DNA of 63,478 nucleotides, counting the filler, from Nemertoderma westbladi (lineage: Eukaryota > Animalia > Xenacoelomorpha), in NCBI GenBank assembly GCA_032718475.1. It is 3 parts of 3 records of this genome, joined end to end, with 100 filler letters (N's around TTAATTAATTAA, not from the genome) between each part and the next. Parts side by side here need not be neighbours in the genome. Positions count along the whole stretch, not along the records: positions 48,295 to 63,478 come from JAUCBJ010007663.1; 2 more parts are not named here. One strand, written 5' to 3'. The translations under genes were made by a program, and so were the position numbers. Positions 48,566 through 62,532 of the stretch are shown here, in pieces; position 1 is the stretch's first letter, and the number at the start of each line of letters is the position of its first letter. A model generated the notes under the pieces. It worked only from the letters and a program-made list of their open reading frames with translations. It was not told where the DNA came from and searched no databases.

Positions 48566-49636
48566 TTGGGACATTGGGAACAAATATCTTATATGTTGGG
48601 ACATACGGGAACAAATGTCTTATAGATTGGGACATTGGGGACAAAAGTCTTATAGATTGGGACATATGGGAACAAATATCTTATATGTTGGGACATACGG
48701 GAACAAGTGTCTTATAGATTGGGATATTGGGGACAAAAGTCTTATAGATTGGGACATTGGGAACAAATATCTTATATGTTGGGACATACTGGAACAAATG
48801 TCTTATAGATTGGGACATTGGGGACAAATGTCTTATAGATTGGGATATTGGGGGCAAATGTCTTATAGATTGGTACATTGGGGACAAACGTCTTATAGAT
48901 TGGGACATTGGGGACAAACGTCTTATAGATTGCGCCATTGGGAACAAATATCTTATATGTTGGGACATACGGGAACAAATGTCTTATAGATTGGGACATT
49001 GGGGACAAAAGTCTTATAGATTGGGACATATGGGAACAAATATCTTATATGTTGGGACATACGGGAACAAGTGTCTTATAGATTGGGATATTGGGGGCAA
49101 ATGTCTTATAGATTGGTACATTGGGGACAAACGTCTTATAGATTGGGACATTGGGGACAAACGTCTTATAGATTGGGACATTTGGGACAAAAGTCTTATA
49201 GATTGGGACATATGGGAACAAATATCTTATATGTTGGGACATACGGGAACAAGTGTCTTATAGATTGGGATATTGGGGGCAAATGTCTTATAGATTGGTA
49301 CATTGGGGACAAACGTCTTATAGATTGGGCCATTGGGAACAAATATCTTATATGTTGGGACATACGGGAACAAATGTCTTATAGATTGGGACATTGGGGA
49401 CAAAAGTCTTATAGATTGGGACATATGGGAACAAATATCTTATATGTTGGGACATACGGGAACAAATGTCTTATAGATTGGGACATTTGGGACAAAAGTC
49501 TTATAGATTGGGACATACTGGGACAAATGTCTTATAGATTGGGACATTGGGGACAAAAGTCTTATAGATTGGGACATACGGGGACAAATATTTTATATGT
49601 TGGGACATCGGGGGCAAATATTTTATATGTTGGGAC

Positions 49637-49680
<44 letters not shown>
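48566..49680. repeat. About 30-bp satellite (ttgggacattggggacaaatgtcttataga) followed by (GATT)n
   Basis: Direct periodicity. Confidence 0.95.
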
Positions 49681-49681
<1 letters not shown>

Positions 49682-50950
49682 CATATGGGCTAACGCCCCC
49701 AGCGGCTATAATAATATTATTTATTGCAGCTATATAAGTTAAAAATTTTAAAAGGGTCAATCTATTACTGTATTTATGTACGATGCATAGAAGCAAGATC
49801 AAAACAAACACAGTGGAGATTAATTATAGTAATTCTACCACCCACGGAAGGGTAGCACAAACTTATTTCCAATCACACGTTCAATATTGCGAAGCCAGGT
49901 GGTTTATTGGAATATAATAAACGCAGTACTCGTCTTCATTATAAGCCTCGTTGCGTTTGTCCTGTTTTGTATTTAAATATATTTCTTAAACGCAGGCTGA
50001 CGATCTTTATAATAATAATAACTAGGGATGCGTTCAATATCTGAAGCCAGGTGGTTTATATAATAATATAGTCAACGCAGTACTCGTCTTCATTATAAGC
50101 CTCGTTGTGCTCGACCTGTTTTGTATTTAAATATATTTCTTAAACGCAGGCTGACGATCTTTATAACTACCGATGCGTTCAATAGGCGAAGCCAGGTATG
50201 GTTTTGGTTTATGGGAATATAGGCTACGCAGTACTCGTCTTCATTATATGCCTCGTTGCGCTCGTTGCTCGTCCTGTTTTGTCATAAAATATTTTTCCTA
50301 AACCAAGACTGACGATCTTTATACAGTATGCAAAGTTTCGAAACTGTGCGAGTAACTGCTGATACATCTATGTGGAGATGTGTGATACAACGCCAACGCA
50401 TCGTATGCCGATGTAGTAATATGGGTATTGAAATAATATTAAATCAATGTACACTCTTAAAGCTGCAGTGCCAGACCTTAGGTCTGGCGTATACGCCAGA
50501 CGTTAGGTCTAGCATATATATATTGTGGTGGATATAGACCTAAGGCCCCACAGGTACCGCATTGTCCGAGGGGCCTCAGTCTGGCTGTGTTACAGGGCAG
50601 CACTATCCTACCAGTACATCAGTACAGGTACCAACCTTTCTTACCTCCGCGTACCAGCAGCCTACTACTAGGATCGGCATGCTGCATTGCAGCTGCATTT
50701 TTAAGAATGCTGTGCAGGCTAAGTAGCCTGCCTGGTACCGGCCGTGCAGTCTGTGTTTGCTGGTATCAGACTAGTTGTGATAATATATACTGACCTGATA
50801 TATTATATACTTTATTGTGTTGATACCCATCGGGATCCAACCCTTACCACTCTGGCGTGGTGGCAGCGGCTGTGTTTTAGAACCCAACGTACTCATACAG
50901 CTGTACAGACCCGATACCTACAGTCCTGACTATAATTATTATTAATAAAA

Positions 50951-51138
50951 GGTTCCACCTTGGTGTAGTGGTTGCATTGAATTCACATCTCCCGTAGGTC
51001 GTGGGTTCGATCCTCACATGCGCCAGGGCAGTTTTCGTTTCGGCACGAATGCTTTAAAGGGACCAGCCAGGGCGCATCTCTGCCTTGCATCCTTAAGTGG
51101 TAGCTAAATAAGTACTGGAGTTTCCTCTGGGGCGTAAA
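50951..51138 (+). mobile_element. tRNA-derived SINE copy (3'-truncated)
   Basis: Near-identical to the reverse complement of 47060-47248, with A and B boxes. Confidence 0.8.
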
Positions 51139-51284
51139 CATTAAGTGAAATGAAACTAAATCGCATAAAGCAAAAAATAAATAAAAAATAAGTCATGAAA
51201 TCTCTTTAATCGCAAAAACATTACTAAAAAAAATAAAATAAATCATAAAATCAGGACACCAAATATGCAAATAATAACCTTGAT

Positions 51285-52308
51285 TTACCTTGAATACCTT
51301 GATTTAGTTCTTGTAAATATAAATTTATTATCGGCATTGACCACTCTAGATGGAAGCCAGTTCCATATCGGAACTACCCTTTGTGAAAAGGTATTTTTAG
51401 ATAGTTCCAGTCGAGTTTGCCGATGGAATAATTTACGGTTATGACCCCTTAGACCTGCACGAGGACCATAACTAAAAAAATCTAAAAAAGGTAAATCAGT
51501 AATTTTATTTACAATACAATAAGTCATCTTTAAATCAAAAATTATGTGGCGTACTTCAATCGGTTCCAGCTTCAGAAAGGCAAGTCGAACTAAATAGCTC
51601 AGAGGAGGTAAGTTGCAAATGAAATGGAGACCAGACGGGAGTACAGCATTCTAGCACCGGGCGCACTTATGACTTGTAAGCAGTAAGTAAAGCTGAAAGA
51701 TTTCCCGTATGAAAGCATTTAAAAATAAGGTTAGTCAATTTAAAAGCCTTAGCCGATTGTTCCCGGCAGTACTTGTCAAAATTGAGGTCATTAGACACAG
51801 ATATTCCCAAATCCCTACAATATGTAACTACTTCAATTGATTTACCGCACAACTTATATGTAGTGTCAATGTAATTTCTCTCCGCTGCACCGATGTAAAG
51901 CACGTTGCATTTGTGGGAAGCACTATTTAGTTGCCAGGTTTCAGCCCAAGCACGGACGAGGTAAACTCTATCGGTAGAATTCGCGTACAGCTTTACATCG
52001 TCAGCAAAAAGTTTACAGGCCACAGGATCAACAACATCGGGTAAATATTTTATAAATAACAAGAGCAATAAGGGACCACAAACGCTTTCCTGGGGTTGAC
52101 CTGAAATTACATTACAATCGCAGGAAAAAGCATTACCAACTACAATCTTTTGCGTACGATCAGATAGAAAGGCAATGAACCAAAGCAACAGGTCACCAGA
52201 AATACCATAACTGCTAAGTTTACAGATTAGTTTATTATGTACCACAGAATCAAATGCCTTAGCAAAGTCAATGTAAATAATATCTGTACTTATACGCCCA
52301 TCCAATAG
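51285..52308 (-). mobile_element. CR1-clade LINE fragment (degenerate RT and C-terminus)
   Basis: YIDFAKAFDSVVH, SGQPQESVCGPLL, LFADDVKLY, RDLGI, LRGHNRKL..FSQRVVPIWNWLP; contains frameshifts. Confidence 0.9.
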
Positions 52309-52536
52309 AGTACTACTACTAGGATCGGCATGCTGCATTGCAGCTGCATTTTTAAGAATGCTGTGCCGGCTTGTCGACAAAATTGCGCCGCCACTACACC
52401 CTATCACCCATGAAATTTGCTAGATCATCCGCATCTTCAAGGCCAGTGTCCTTTAAGATGCGTCTCAAGAAAGTCATGGGCTGTCCACCATGCTTATTCA
52501 CTCCATGAGGCTGCCAAAGTACAAGCTTATGCACTC
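52309..52536 (-). mobile_element. RTE LINE 3' end (same family as 37740-38005)
   Basis: Reverse complement of the 37.8-38.0 kb copy, with the tactactacta tail. Confidence 0.85.
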
Positions 52537-52544
52537 AGATACTT

Positions 52545-53643
52545 ACACTACCGAGACTGATTGAAGGAATTAAGTCAAAAAATCTCCCCTCAGTCATGAC
52601 TTTTGTGGACTTCAAGAAGGCATTCGACTCCATCCATAGAGGTAAAATGCTTGAAATCCTAAGAGCTTATGGAATACCAGAAGTAATATTTGCTGGCATT
52701 GGATTGTTATATTGCGACACATAAGCACAGGTACTCTCACCAGATGGTGAAACTGAGTTTTTCTCAATCCTGGCTGGCGTACTGCAAGGTGACACATTAG
52801 CGATGAGGACGGCCACAAAGGGTGAAGATCTGGGATTCACACTTCAAGAACGCAGAAGTAGTAGATATCCGGCAACTACAGTCACAGACACCGACTTTGC
52901 GGATGACATCGCCCTGCTCTCTAATACGCTAGCCGATGCACAGCTTCTACTAAATAAAGTGGAGAGGGCTGCTAAGGAGGTTGGATTGCATATAAATGCT
53001 ACCAAGACCGAATTCATGACCTTTAATGTTGATGGAAACTTGACAACCATTGATAATAATCAACTAAGGAAGGTCGATGACTTCCAGTACCTTGGATTAT
53101 GGATAGAGAGTAGCAAAAAGGACATAGAAGTTAGGAAAGCAAAGGCTTGGGTAGCTCTATCAAAAATGGATACCATCTGGAAATCAGATCTCTCCAGGCA
53201 CCTGAAGACTAAGTTCTTTCGAGCCACAGTGGAAAGTGTATTTTTATACGGGGGTGAGACCTGGACACTGACTAAATCACTTAAACAACGAATTGATGGT
53301 TGCTACACAAGACTATAAGGGCAGCCCTAAACATCAGCTGGAGACAACACATGACAAACGCCGAGCTTTATGGTACAATACCACCTGTATCAACCACCCT
53401 CCGTGAACGCAGATTAAGATTCAATGGGCACTGCTGGCGAAGTAAAGACGAGGTCATACCAGATCTACTTTTCTGGCAACCAACTCATGGAAAGCGTAGT
53501 CGTAGACGACCGGCCATAACATATATAGATCAACTTGAAAGGGATACTGAACTTGGGAGAAACGAAATTGCGACAACTATGGAGAATCGGGAAGCCTGGA
53601 AGGATCTCATTTCCACTGTCCGAGTTCGCTCGACCTAGTAGTA
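52545..53643 (+). mobile_element. RTE-clade LINE, degenerate RT plus 3' end (second family)
   Basis: FVDFKKAFDSIHR, GVLQGDTL, DFADDIALL, FQYLG, LYGGETWTLT, RRLRFNGHCWR; tagtagta tail. Confidence 0.9.
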
Positions 53644-54733
53644 CAGTTATGTTCTCAATTAAAGTCCATTCTTCAATCTGCCTAATTTCATCAATCTGGA
53701 AATATCTTTCATGACACCGCAGGTTTCTTGCCCACTGAGTGATTGACAGGCGGACATGGTTGGCTCCCCAAAATAGAGCCGTTGGTTAAAAAGAGATTAT
53801 TGCAGGGATCAGATAATTATGGGGCATGCACTTGCAAGCAAATAAAGTACATGTAGTAAGCATAATTATTTATAACTTTTACAAATTAAATGTTTTACTC
53901 ACTGATTACATTTGGACTAGCTAATAAAGAGATCATTCCATAAATATAATTAATTATGAACAAAAGCAATTATTTTTTGTTTGAATATTATTTATAGGTA
54001 ACAATCAATCTATCAAATATTCGCAGGGGCGCCCCCAATATTGATTGCAATGGAGGGTGGGAAACGACAAGTAACAAAAAATGGCAACATAATCGATAGA
54101 CGCTTTAGTGCGAACTGCGCTGAGTGAAAATTATATTTAACCTACCTAATGTAACCGCCCCCGCCCATGCCTAACTTTACTTCCTACACTCATATCTCTC
54201 TATCTATACATGTGGGTATGCGGCTCACAGAAATGACAAGTCTTGTTACACAAGGGCATGCCTTGTTGACTTATGGAGTTGGAGTGGAAAGGATAAATTG
54301 GACGGACAATAACTTCTGCAGACGGCGGGTGTACTGAAACTGCAATTCAGAAAGTCACCATACACCATCTGTATTGTTACTGTGCCTGTCAATCACTCTC
54401 AAGCTCTGCGGGATTCCAATAGTAGCCTGGCCTATAGATGTTTGAAGTAGCCGCCCTGCTCTTTGAGCTTAGTCTACCCGCCTCGCCGCCCTGCTCTTTA
54501 TTCCTTTAGGTGTGGATAAGCCTGCCCTACTAATCCATGGCATCTCTGCACAGAGGGATACTTCGGCTCTACATTTTCAATCTGTTAAATCTGATCAATC
54601 TAGACAGAAAGTCTGAATTGAAGAAGTTGAAAGTAGGTTCAATTTCATCAATCTAACTATTATTTTTCTATGGGACTAGATTGACCTAGATTGATGGAGA
54701 TTGAAGAATGGATTTTAATTGTGAACAAGACTG
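53644..54733. mobile_element. TIR element (CAGT...ACTG) flanked by a 62-bp direct repeat
   Basis: cagttatgttctcaattaaagtccattcttcaatct versus agattgaagaatggattttaattgtgaacaagactg; flanks 53582-53643 and 54734-54795 are identical. Confidence 0.7.
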
Positions 54734-55939
54734 GAGAATCGGGAAGCCTGGAAGGATCTCATTTCCACTGTCCGAGTTCGCTCGACCTAGTAGTAGTAGT
54801 AGTAGATGACCATTGTGTGTCAGGGCGTTAATCAGTCTGATTAATTAGGATAAATCAATTAAACCCTAATGATGAGTCATAAGACACCTATTAGGGTTTA
54901 ATTGTACTAATTAATTGATGACACCTGTCAATTAGGGTCTAATTAGCCTAATTAGGAGGTGTCACCCAGACAGTCTGGCGCCAATGACACCTAATGACAC
55001 CCAATGGGTGTCAGTGAGGTCTAACTGTCACAAAGCCCCCCAAGACTCTACTACTGTTAAACCTTCAAAAAGTTCTAAGAAGTAATGATTGAAACTCAAT
55101 TAAGAAGGACTCGGCGGGACTAAGAGGGACTCGACCCTTTCTTAAACTCACTGACGCTCGGTAAATAAAATGGCTCGAGAATAGTGAAAAAAAGCTCTAC
55201 TTTTTTCCCATCTAAGTTTTTTGATGTATTAATTTAGTTTATTGTTTTGATTAGAATAACATGCCACTGTAAACTGCTCATTTCCCTTAATTGATGATTT
55301 AACATTGAGCGAGATATTTAGTCACCGATAAATAATTTGCGTCACACCCCCACCCCCCCCCCCCCCCCCCCCCCTCGTCTCATGAACACATATATGTCTA
55401 CTATAATAATACATTGGAACTATCAATTCCTAAATCTCTGTCTCCGGCCGGAGCTCATATTGCAACCCGGAGAAACCTCCGGGCTCCGGCTCCGGATGAA
55501 ATTTAAGCTCTGTTGCATCCCTAATGTAAACTATAAAAAAATATAAACAAACATAATTATATAGTTAATAGTTAACAATAGTAGATTCGCTAAACTCTGA
55601 TCTCATTTCTATTTCATCCATCGGTATGTGGCTCCAAGAGTCAGTGAATGTGAGCCAATAAGTTCCTCCTCCCTCCCGTAGACCCCGTTTAGGTTGGAGC
55701 CAATGCACCTCCGAAACCACCAAGCCCCTTTGCGGATGATGGCGCAGTTTATTCCGGACCATGTGTAATGGAACTCCTCTAGTAAAGATCACTAGAGGGG
55801 TCTCTTTCGTCGGATGTGTTGTACACCACTACTCACTCTGTAGCCAATCAAGCCGTAGCTCACAATAACAGCCATCGCGTCAGGACTGCCCTGCTTGTTG
55901 GAAAAGCTGCTTAGTAAACTCAAATGGTCTTCTACAAAG

Positions 55940-57201
55940 ACATAAATCTCAAGGAGGATCTGTATGCCACGACTGTACCTGCGATCTGTATGCCTCAATT
56001 AGACATAGAGTCTGCCTTTGACAGCATTGAGTACTATATACACACTGGTTGACAAACTCATCGAAAGCAGCATAAATCCACATATCATCTTAACAATTTT
56101 GGCCTATTACAAATCCAGTAAGATGTTCCTTAAATTCGGTGAGATGATACAAACCAATCCCATTGCTGTAACCAAAGGTCTGAAACAGGGATCTCTACTG
56201 TCACCCACGTTATTCAACCTGTATACAGCTGACATTGTTTCTGGTATACAATCGTCAGGTCTAGGATGCTATGTAGGGCCCATCTGGTTAGGAACAATGG
56301 TTTATGCAGATGACTTTCTCCTTCTCAGTACTACCGCAACAGGTCTACGCGAAATGACGGAAGTACTACATAAAAAGGCCAACTCAGTCTCCCTATCAAT
56401 CGAACACAGCAAAACAAAATGGATTTGGATTGGCAAACAATTCAGGAAAAGTAAAACACATGAACCATCTGTCATCAACATCAATGGAACCCCGATCACA
56501 AGAAGCTCCCACCTCACCTTTCTTGGATACAAACTGTATGGATCTATAACATCTAGTCAGATCCTCAATGAAACTATACAATCAATAGCGATTTTGTCCC
56601 AAACATTCCACTCTAAGGGATGGACTACACGTTGGCTTTGCAGTACGACTGTCTTTAAGATTTGGTCAACAATGTCAGTCCCTGTAATCACTTATCAACT
56701 AAAAATTAACATTGGTGCTCTCAATGATACAGATCTCGGAAAACTGGACGCCTACTACAGGAAGACTCTATACGCGGTTTGCTCCATCTGGGATCCTACA
56801 TTAGCAACACAACTCTCTACTGTTTATCTCGGTGCCTCCCTATCTCTACCGAGGCGTTCCGCCGATGTCTTGGCAACTTGATGCGGGCTTTCAGTTGTCC
56901 AAATCCCACTCTGCAACTCGGATTCCGGTTGGCGTTACAACGTAATGCCACCCTAACAGTTCACACAGGGGCATCTCTTGTGGTTATGTAAAAGCAGCTA
57001 TGACTTTTCCAATACCACGTCTTTTTTCGCTAGCCTCGTTCAAGTATGATACTAAACATATAATTGACCGAATCAATAATGGGTGCCCTACCAATAAAGA
57101 CAGGTTAACCTCGAACTTCGTAGAGAATTGCTTCCAACTGAAATCAACATCCCTGGACAAAAAGAGATCGAGAATAAGAGATTACTTGTGTGCTATTATA
57201 T
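55940..57201 (+). mobile_element. Degenerate non-LTR retrotransposon RT fragment (clade uncertain)
   Basis: LDIESAFDSI, frameshift, GLKQGSLLSPTLFNLY, MVYADD, LTFLG. Confidence 0.85.
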
Positions 57202-57564
57202 AACGACTCGTACATACGACTTACATTTCCTAACACTGACTTCCTGTTCTGACAACACAACGACATCAATGCCAATGTACCATCATTACCATGCTTGTAC
57301 AGTACTACCTTGTATATATGTAACGTTTAGTTTACCTGCACTGAATACGCTACCTATTATCTGTAATTCTGGAACAACCTGTGACTATAAACTATTATAT
57401 GGATCCTATTTCTGAATGTTTTAATGTTTATTGTTTTTATTGATGAATTTTATTGTGCAGTGCCATAAATTTTATTTAACATAATATGCAACATGTTTTT
57501 ATTTGTTAATATAATTGTCGGCTCGACTGACATACCCGATGAAATGAAATGAATGTATAACCTC

Positions 57565-60500
57565 CAGCTATGGGGAGCCCTGAACAGGATGGACAAGCAA
57601 CAGATCAGGTTATAGTGGATAGTGAATGTGAAGTTAGTTACTCTAGACTGGAAGCTAAAGCAGGTCTGCCTACTTACAAACCATTCCACCCTCCAAGCTT
57701 TAAGTGGGGCGCAACTTCTGGTCATGTTCTTAGTAAGGAAGTGGATCTGATCTACACTACAGTCTCACATTGGCGCAAGAACTGTTACCTTCAGGCAAGG
57801 CTGGTACAGCATTTGTAAGTGAAACAATTATAATAACGTCAGGCTGGAAAACGGCCTCACCTTTAGAGGGCCTATCATTCAAGCTAATTGCAATTATACC
57901 ACACTTGCTATTGCAGAAGCCCCACAGTAAGTCAAAGGCTGCTGATCATAGCAAGGTGCTGTCGTCAAGGCTCCAGGTATGGGACTCTGGTGACTTCCAC
58001 TCCCTTCTTAGAGATGGGTTAGCTATACAGAAGAAGATTCAAAGGAAACTCCCTGACCGAAAACAGTCGGACACAGCACGAATCTTTAGTAAGCTAGTAT
58101 TTGCTGGTAAGATCAGGGCAGCGTTTCCTAGACAATTCAAACGATGGACTTATTGAGTTGTCCAGTGATGTCATCGATGAGCTCAGAATGAAACATCCTG
58201 CTCCAGCAGAATTTGCTCTTGATTCGGCTCTTAGAGGTCCAATTGATGTTGTCCCCCCTAGTACCTTTGCGGCCATTGATGGGAAAATGGTCTTTAATGC
58301 GGCCCTCAGGATTAGAGGAGGTGCTGGTCCATCCGGACTTGACGCAGAGTCTCTGAAACGGATGCTTTGCTCAAAGGAGTTCCGTCCCATGTCTACAGAC
58401 CTCTGTAACTGAAACGGATGCTTTGCTCAAAGGAGTTCCGTCCCATGTCTACAGACCTCTGTAACTGAAACGGATGCTTTGCTCAAAGGAGTTCCGTCCC
58501 ATGTCTACAGACCTCTGTAACTGAAACGGATGCTTTGCTCGTAGGAGTTCCGTCCCATGTCTACAGACCTCTGTAACTGAAACGGATGCTCTGCTCAAAG
58601 GAGTTCCGTCCCATGTCTACAGACCTCTGTAACTGAAACGGATGCTCTGCTCAAAGGAGTTCCGTCCCATGTCTACAGACCTCTGTAACTGAAACGGATG
58701 CTTTGCCCAAAGGAGTTCCGTCCCATGTCTACAGACCTCTGTAACTGAAACGGATGCTTTGCTCAAAGGAGTTCCGTCCCATGTCTACAGACCTCTGTAA
58801 CTGAAACGGATGCTTTGCTCAAAGGAGTTCCGTCCCATGTCTACAGACCTCTGTAACTGAAACGGATGCTTTGCTCAAAGGAGTTCCGTCCCATGTCTAC
58901 AGACCTCTGTAACTGAAACGGATGCTTTGCTCGTAGGAGTTCCGTCCCATGTCTACAGACCTCTGTAACTGAAACGGATGCTCTGCTCAAAGGAGTTCCG
59001 TCCCATGTCTACAGACCTCTGTAACTGAAACGGATGCTCTGCTCAAAGGAGTTCCGTCCCATGTCTACAGACCTCTGTAACTGAAACGGATGCTTTGCCC
59101 AAAGGAGTTCCGTCCCATGTCTACAGACCTCTGTAACTGAAACGGATGCTTTGCTCAAAGGAGTTCCGTCCCATGTCTACAGACCTCTGTAACTGAAACG
59201 GATGCTTTGCTCAAAGGAGTTCCGTCCCATGTCTACAGACCTCTGTAACTGAAACGGATGCTTTGCTCAAAGGAGTTCCGTCCCATGTCTACAGACCTCT
59301 GTAACTGAAACGGATGCTTTGCTCAAAGGAGTTCCGTCCCATGTCTACAGACCTCTGTAACTGAAACGGATGCTTTGCCCAAAGGAGTTCCGTCCCATGT
59401 CTACAGACCTCTGTAACTGAAACGGATGCTTTGCTCAAAGGAGTTCCGTCCCATGTCTACAGACCTCTGTAACTGAAACGGATGCTTTGCTCAAAGGAGT
59501 TCCGTCCCATGTCTACAGACCTCTGTAACTGAAACGGATGCTTTGCTCAAAGGAGTTCCGTCCCATGTCTACAGACCTCTGTAACTGAAACGGATGCTTT
59601 GCTCAAAGGAGTTCCGTCCCATGTCTACAGACCTCTGTAACTGAAACGGATGCTTTGTTCAAAGGAGTTCCGTCCCATGTCTACAGACCTCTGTATCTGA
59701 AACGGATGCTTTGCTCAAAGGAGTTCCGTCCCATGTCTACAGACCTCTGTAACTGAAACGGATGCTTTGCTCAAAGGAGTTCCGTCCCATGTCTACAGAC
59801 CTCTGTAACTGAAACGGATGCTTTGCCCAAAGGAGTTCCGTCCCATGTCTACAGACCTCTGTAACTGAAACGGATGCTTTGCTCAAAGGAGTTCCGTCCC
59901 ATGTCTACAGACCTCTGTAACTCAATTGCTTTTTCTCCAGCTCTCCAATTTAATAACTCTTGTGTTGTAATGTAACTAAACAGCACAAAACGTGTATACA
60001 AAAACAGAGTATGTTCCTTGAACACTCATCTTCAGAGGCTCAGAAAGCCGTAACTTCGGTAGTTCGAACCAGAACTATACAGCAGTGGAACACCAAAGCA
60101 GCCATCATCAAGGACTCCTGTGATTCACTAATGGCACGTGCTCTTGACCACGCATCGCGCCCTGGAACTTCATCATGGTTAACCGCTCTTCCATTAGAGT
60201 GCGAAGGTTTTGCCCTAAATAAATCCAATTTTTGAGATGCAACCGCACTATGATACAACCTCCCTATATTTCGCATGCCTTCCTCCTGTGTCTGTTCTGC
60301 TTCTTTTACACCCGACCATGATCTAATTTGCAAAAAAGGCGGCTTTATTGCATTACGCCACAATTAAGTTCGCGAACTGCTGGCCAATCTCTTGCATGAG
60401 GTGTGTACGGATGTAGCATTGGAGCCAAAACTGCAACCCATAACGGATGAGGTCCTATTCCCATGGTCAGCTAATACATCCAGAGAAGCTCGTCTGGATA

Positions 60501-60850
60501 TTTCGGCAAGGGGGTTTTGGGGACGCTTCTCCAAATCCTTTTTTGATGTTCGTGTATTTTACCCGAATGCAGCATGAGTTATAGTCTCTCCTTTCCAATG
60601 CACTCTATTCTTAAGAGCCACGAAGGGGAGAAGCGCCGGTCCTACAATGATTGATTAATAAATGTCGAGCGCGCCTCCTTTACCCCTTTAGTGTTTTCGA
60701 CTGGTGGTGCAACATGGCCAGAGTGCAGCCGTTTCATGGCACACCTGGCAGGTCTCCTTTCGGAGAAGAGAGGCTCCACTTATGCAGCTGTATCACACTG
60801 GCTGCGATGCAGGATTTCATTTTGTCTGGTGAGATCAGCAGGCATATGTC
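57565..60850 (+). mobile_element. CRE-like non-LTR retrotransposon remnant (RLE endonuclease), RT core absent
   Basis: LPSGKAGTAFVSE, LLLQKPHSKSK, GGAGPSGLDAE (RT domain 0), then after the array SSWLTALPL, C.KGG....RHN, EPKLQP, ARLDISARGFW, FFDVRVF; multiple stops and frameshifts. Confidence 0.75.
58353..59920. repeat. 56-bp tandem array, 28 copies, derived from retroelement coding sequence
   Basis: Unit ctgaaacggatgctttgctcaaaggagttccgtcccatgtctacagacctctgtaa; 1568 bp = 28 x 56. Confidence 0.97.
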
Positions 60851-61152
60851 TTACATAACTTATTTTTGTTCTTTCTTTTGATATGTATATGACAAACATA
60901 CATTCTAGTAGTAGATATTTCATTCACATTCACATTCACATTCATAGTAGATTATGTATGGATTTATTTAGAGGTTCGAATTATTGTTTTTTACAAACCC
61001 CATTAATCGAAGAAAATCGTGATGTAACGTAATCTAGTTAAATTAATTAAAATCAAATAAAATATCATAATTTGTCATTTTAACTAAAATATCATCTGCT
61101 CATTATTTTAGTCTTTCAATATCAGTAAAAGTAACATATTATATATATTTAG

Positions 61153-61374
61153 GTTCCCGTATCGAGATACCGCGATTCGTCGGTGTTTCCTACATGATAC
61201 TGGCTCCACTAACATCGTCGCCTATGTCATTGTCTATAGAAATAGTAGTAAAGCCTGAATCTGGTGATGACAGCGTGATTTTATTTACTAGTCAGAGTCA
61301 CACTGGCGACGGTGATTTCATCTGTATATCAATAGAGAGACAACGGGTTGTACTGCGGTACAACTGCGGTTCAG
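61153..61374 (+). CDS. Laminin-G/EGF extracellular protein (agrin/perlecan/pikachurin/EYS type), internal exon
   Basis: tttag acceptor; SRIEIPRFVGVSY..EIVVKPES..GDGDFICISI..VLRYNCGS; phase-1 GT donor at 61375. Confidence 0.85.
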
Positions 61375-61728
61375 GTTATTGTTATTATTATTAATAGCAT
61401 TGAAATATTATATATATATCTATATCCAAGATAAAAAATATACACTTTAGAGTCTTATGAATATATTACATATATTAAAAATTATGTAATCAATTACATT
61501 ATGTAGTATTCAATAGGATAGTTCCAATACTATTTAACTATATTTCGGGTTACAAAAATAAAGAAAGTCAATGAATTTCTTTGATCTTGCGTTAAAATTG
61601 GGTTAAACGGTAAAAAGAGACAACGTTGTAATATCGTAGTAGTGAGGGTTCACGTAGGGTTGTGCTACCCAATTTCTTTTCCACCCATATCCAAATAATA
61701 TTACAATTATACATTTTCACCTCAATAG

Positions 61729-61973
61729 GAACTGCTGTTATAACCTCAGACACTCCCATAACCCCTCACTCCTGGTACAATATTAGACTCACTCGCATCT
61801 TACAAGAGGGGACACTGCGTGTTAATGGCGGAACCATAGCGACTGGACGTTCTCCAGGCGACACCCAGGGTCTCAACCTAGAGACCCCGGTGTATGTGGG
61901 GGGTTTGGTGTTAGTAGAGAACGTTCCTAACTGGATGCCAAACACTAGAGGGTTCGTTGGTTGTATCAGTGAG
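61729..61973 (+). CDS. Laminin-G/EGF protein, internal exon (second half of LamG)
   Basis: aatag acceptor; GTAVITS..WYNIRLTR..GTLRVNG..GRSPG..LNLETPVYVGG..GFVGCISE; donor gttagt. Confidence 0.87.
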
Positions 61974-62532
61974 GTTAGTTGACAGCAGTTAGTGTGAGAA
62001 GTGAAAATATAAATATTAAAGTATTATATTTATTATGTATTATAATCTTATTTTGATGAATATAATTTTTTATAACTCCTTGCTTGCTAACTACAGACAG
62101 CAATTTGGGACTGTTATCGTTGAGTGACGATACATATATTTATTAAAATATAGTTAATTTTAAAAAGTTACCAAATAGGTGCCCATAACTAAAACTTTCG
62201 AACATTTTTGAATTGAAACACATAGGTTTGTTTAGCCTTACAAAAAGTAATGGGCCATTTCAGGTATGGATAGGCTACTGTATTAATATATGGATTGAAA
62301 AATTAAGCGAAATCTTTACACATAATACATATTATTGGTCTATCAATATGGTTGGCATTGACGACCCACATATAGCTGCTTTCTAATACAATATCAGCAC
62401 GGATAATGTTTATCAGTTCCGATTTAATCCCAGAGCTATCATTGTGGGTGTAGGTACCGGTATGTTTAATCCAGTAATTAATTAACTACACCAACACACT
62501 GTGTTAACTTTTATTTTAATTAATCAATCTAG

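Noticed and set aside
48615-49640. Repeat-protein ORFs (SYRLGHWGQ / LIDWDI)
   Set aside because: Translations of a 30-bp satellite with frame-shifting indels.
50951-51025. Functional tRNA gene
   Set aside because: A and B boxes are present, but I cannot fold a proper cloverleaf and it continues into a dispersed SINE body.
58353-59920. CRISPR array
   Set aside because: It is a pure head-to-tail 56-bp repeat without spacers.
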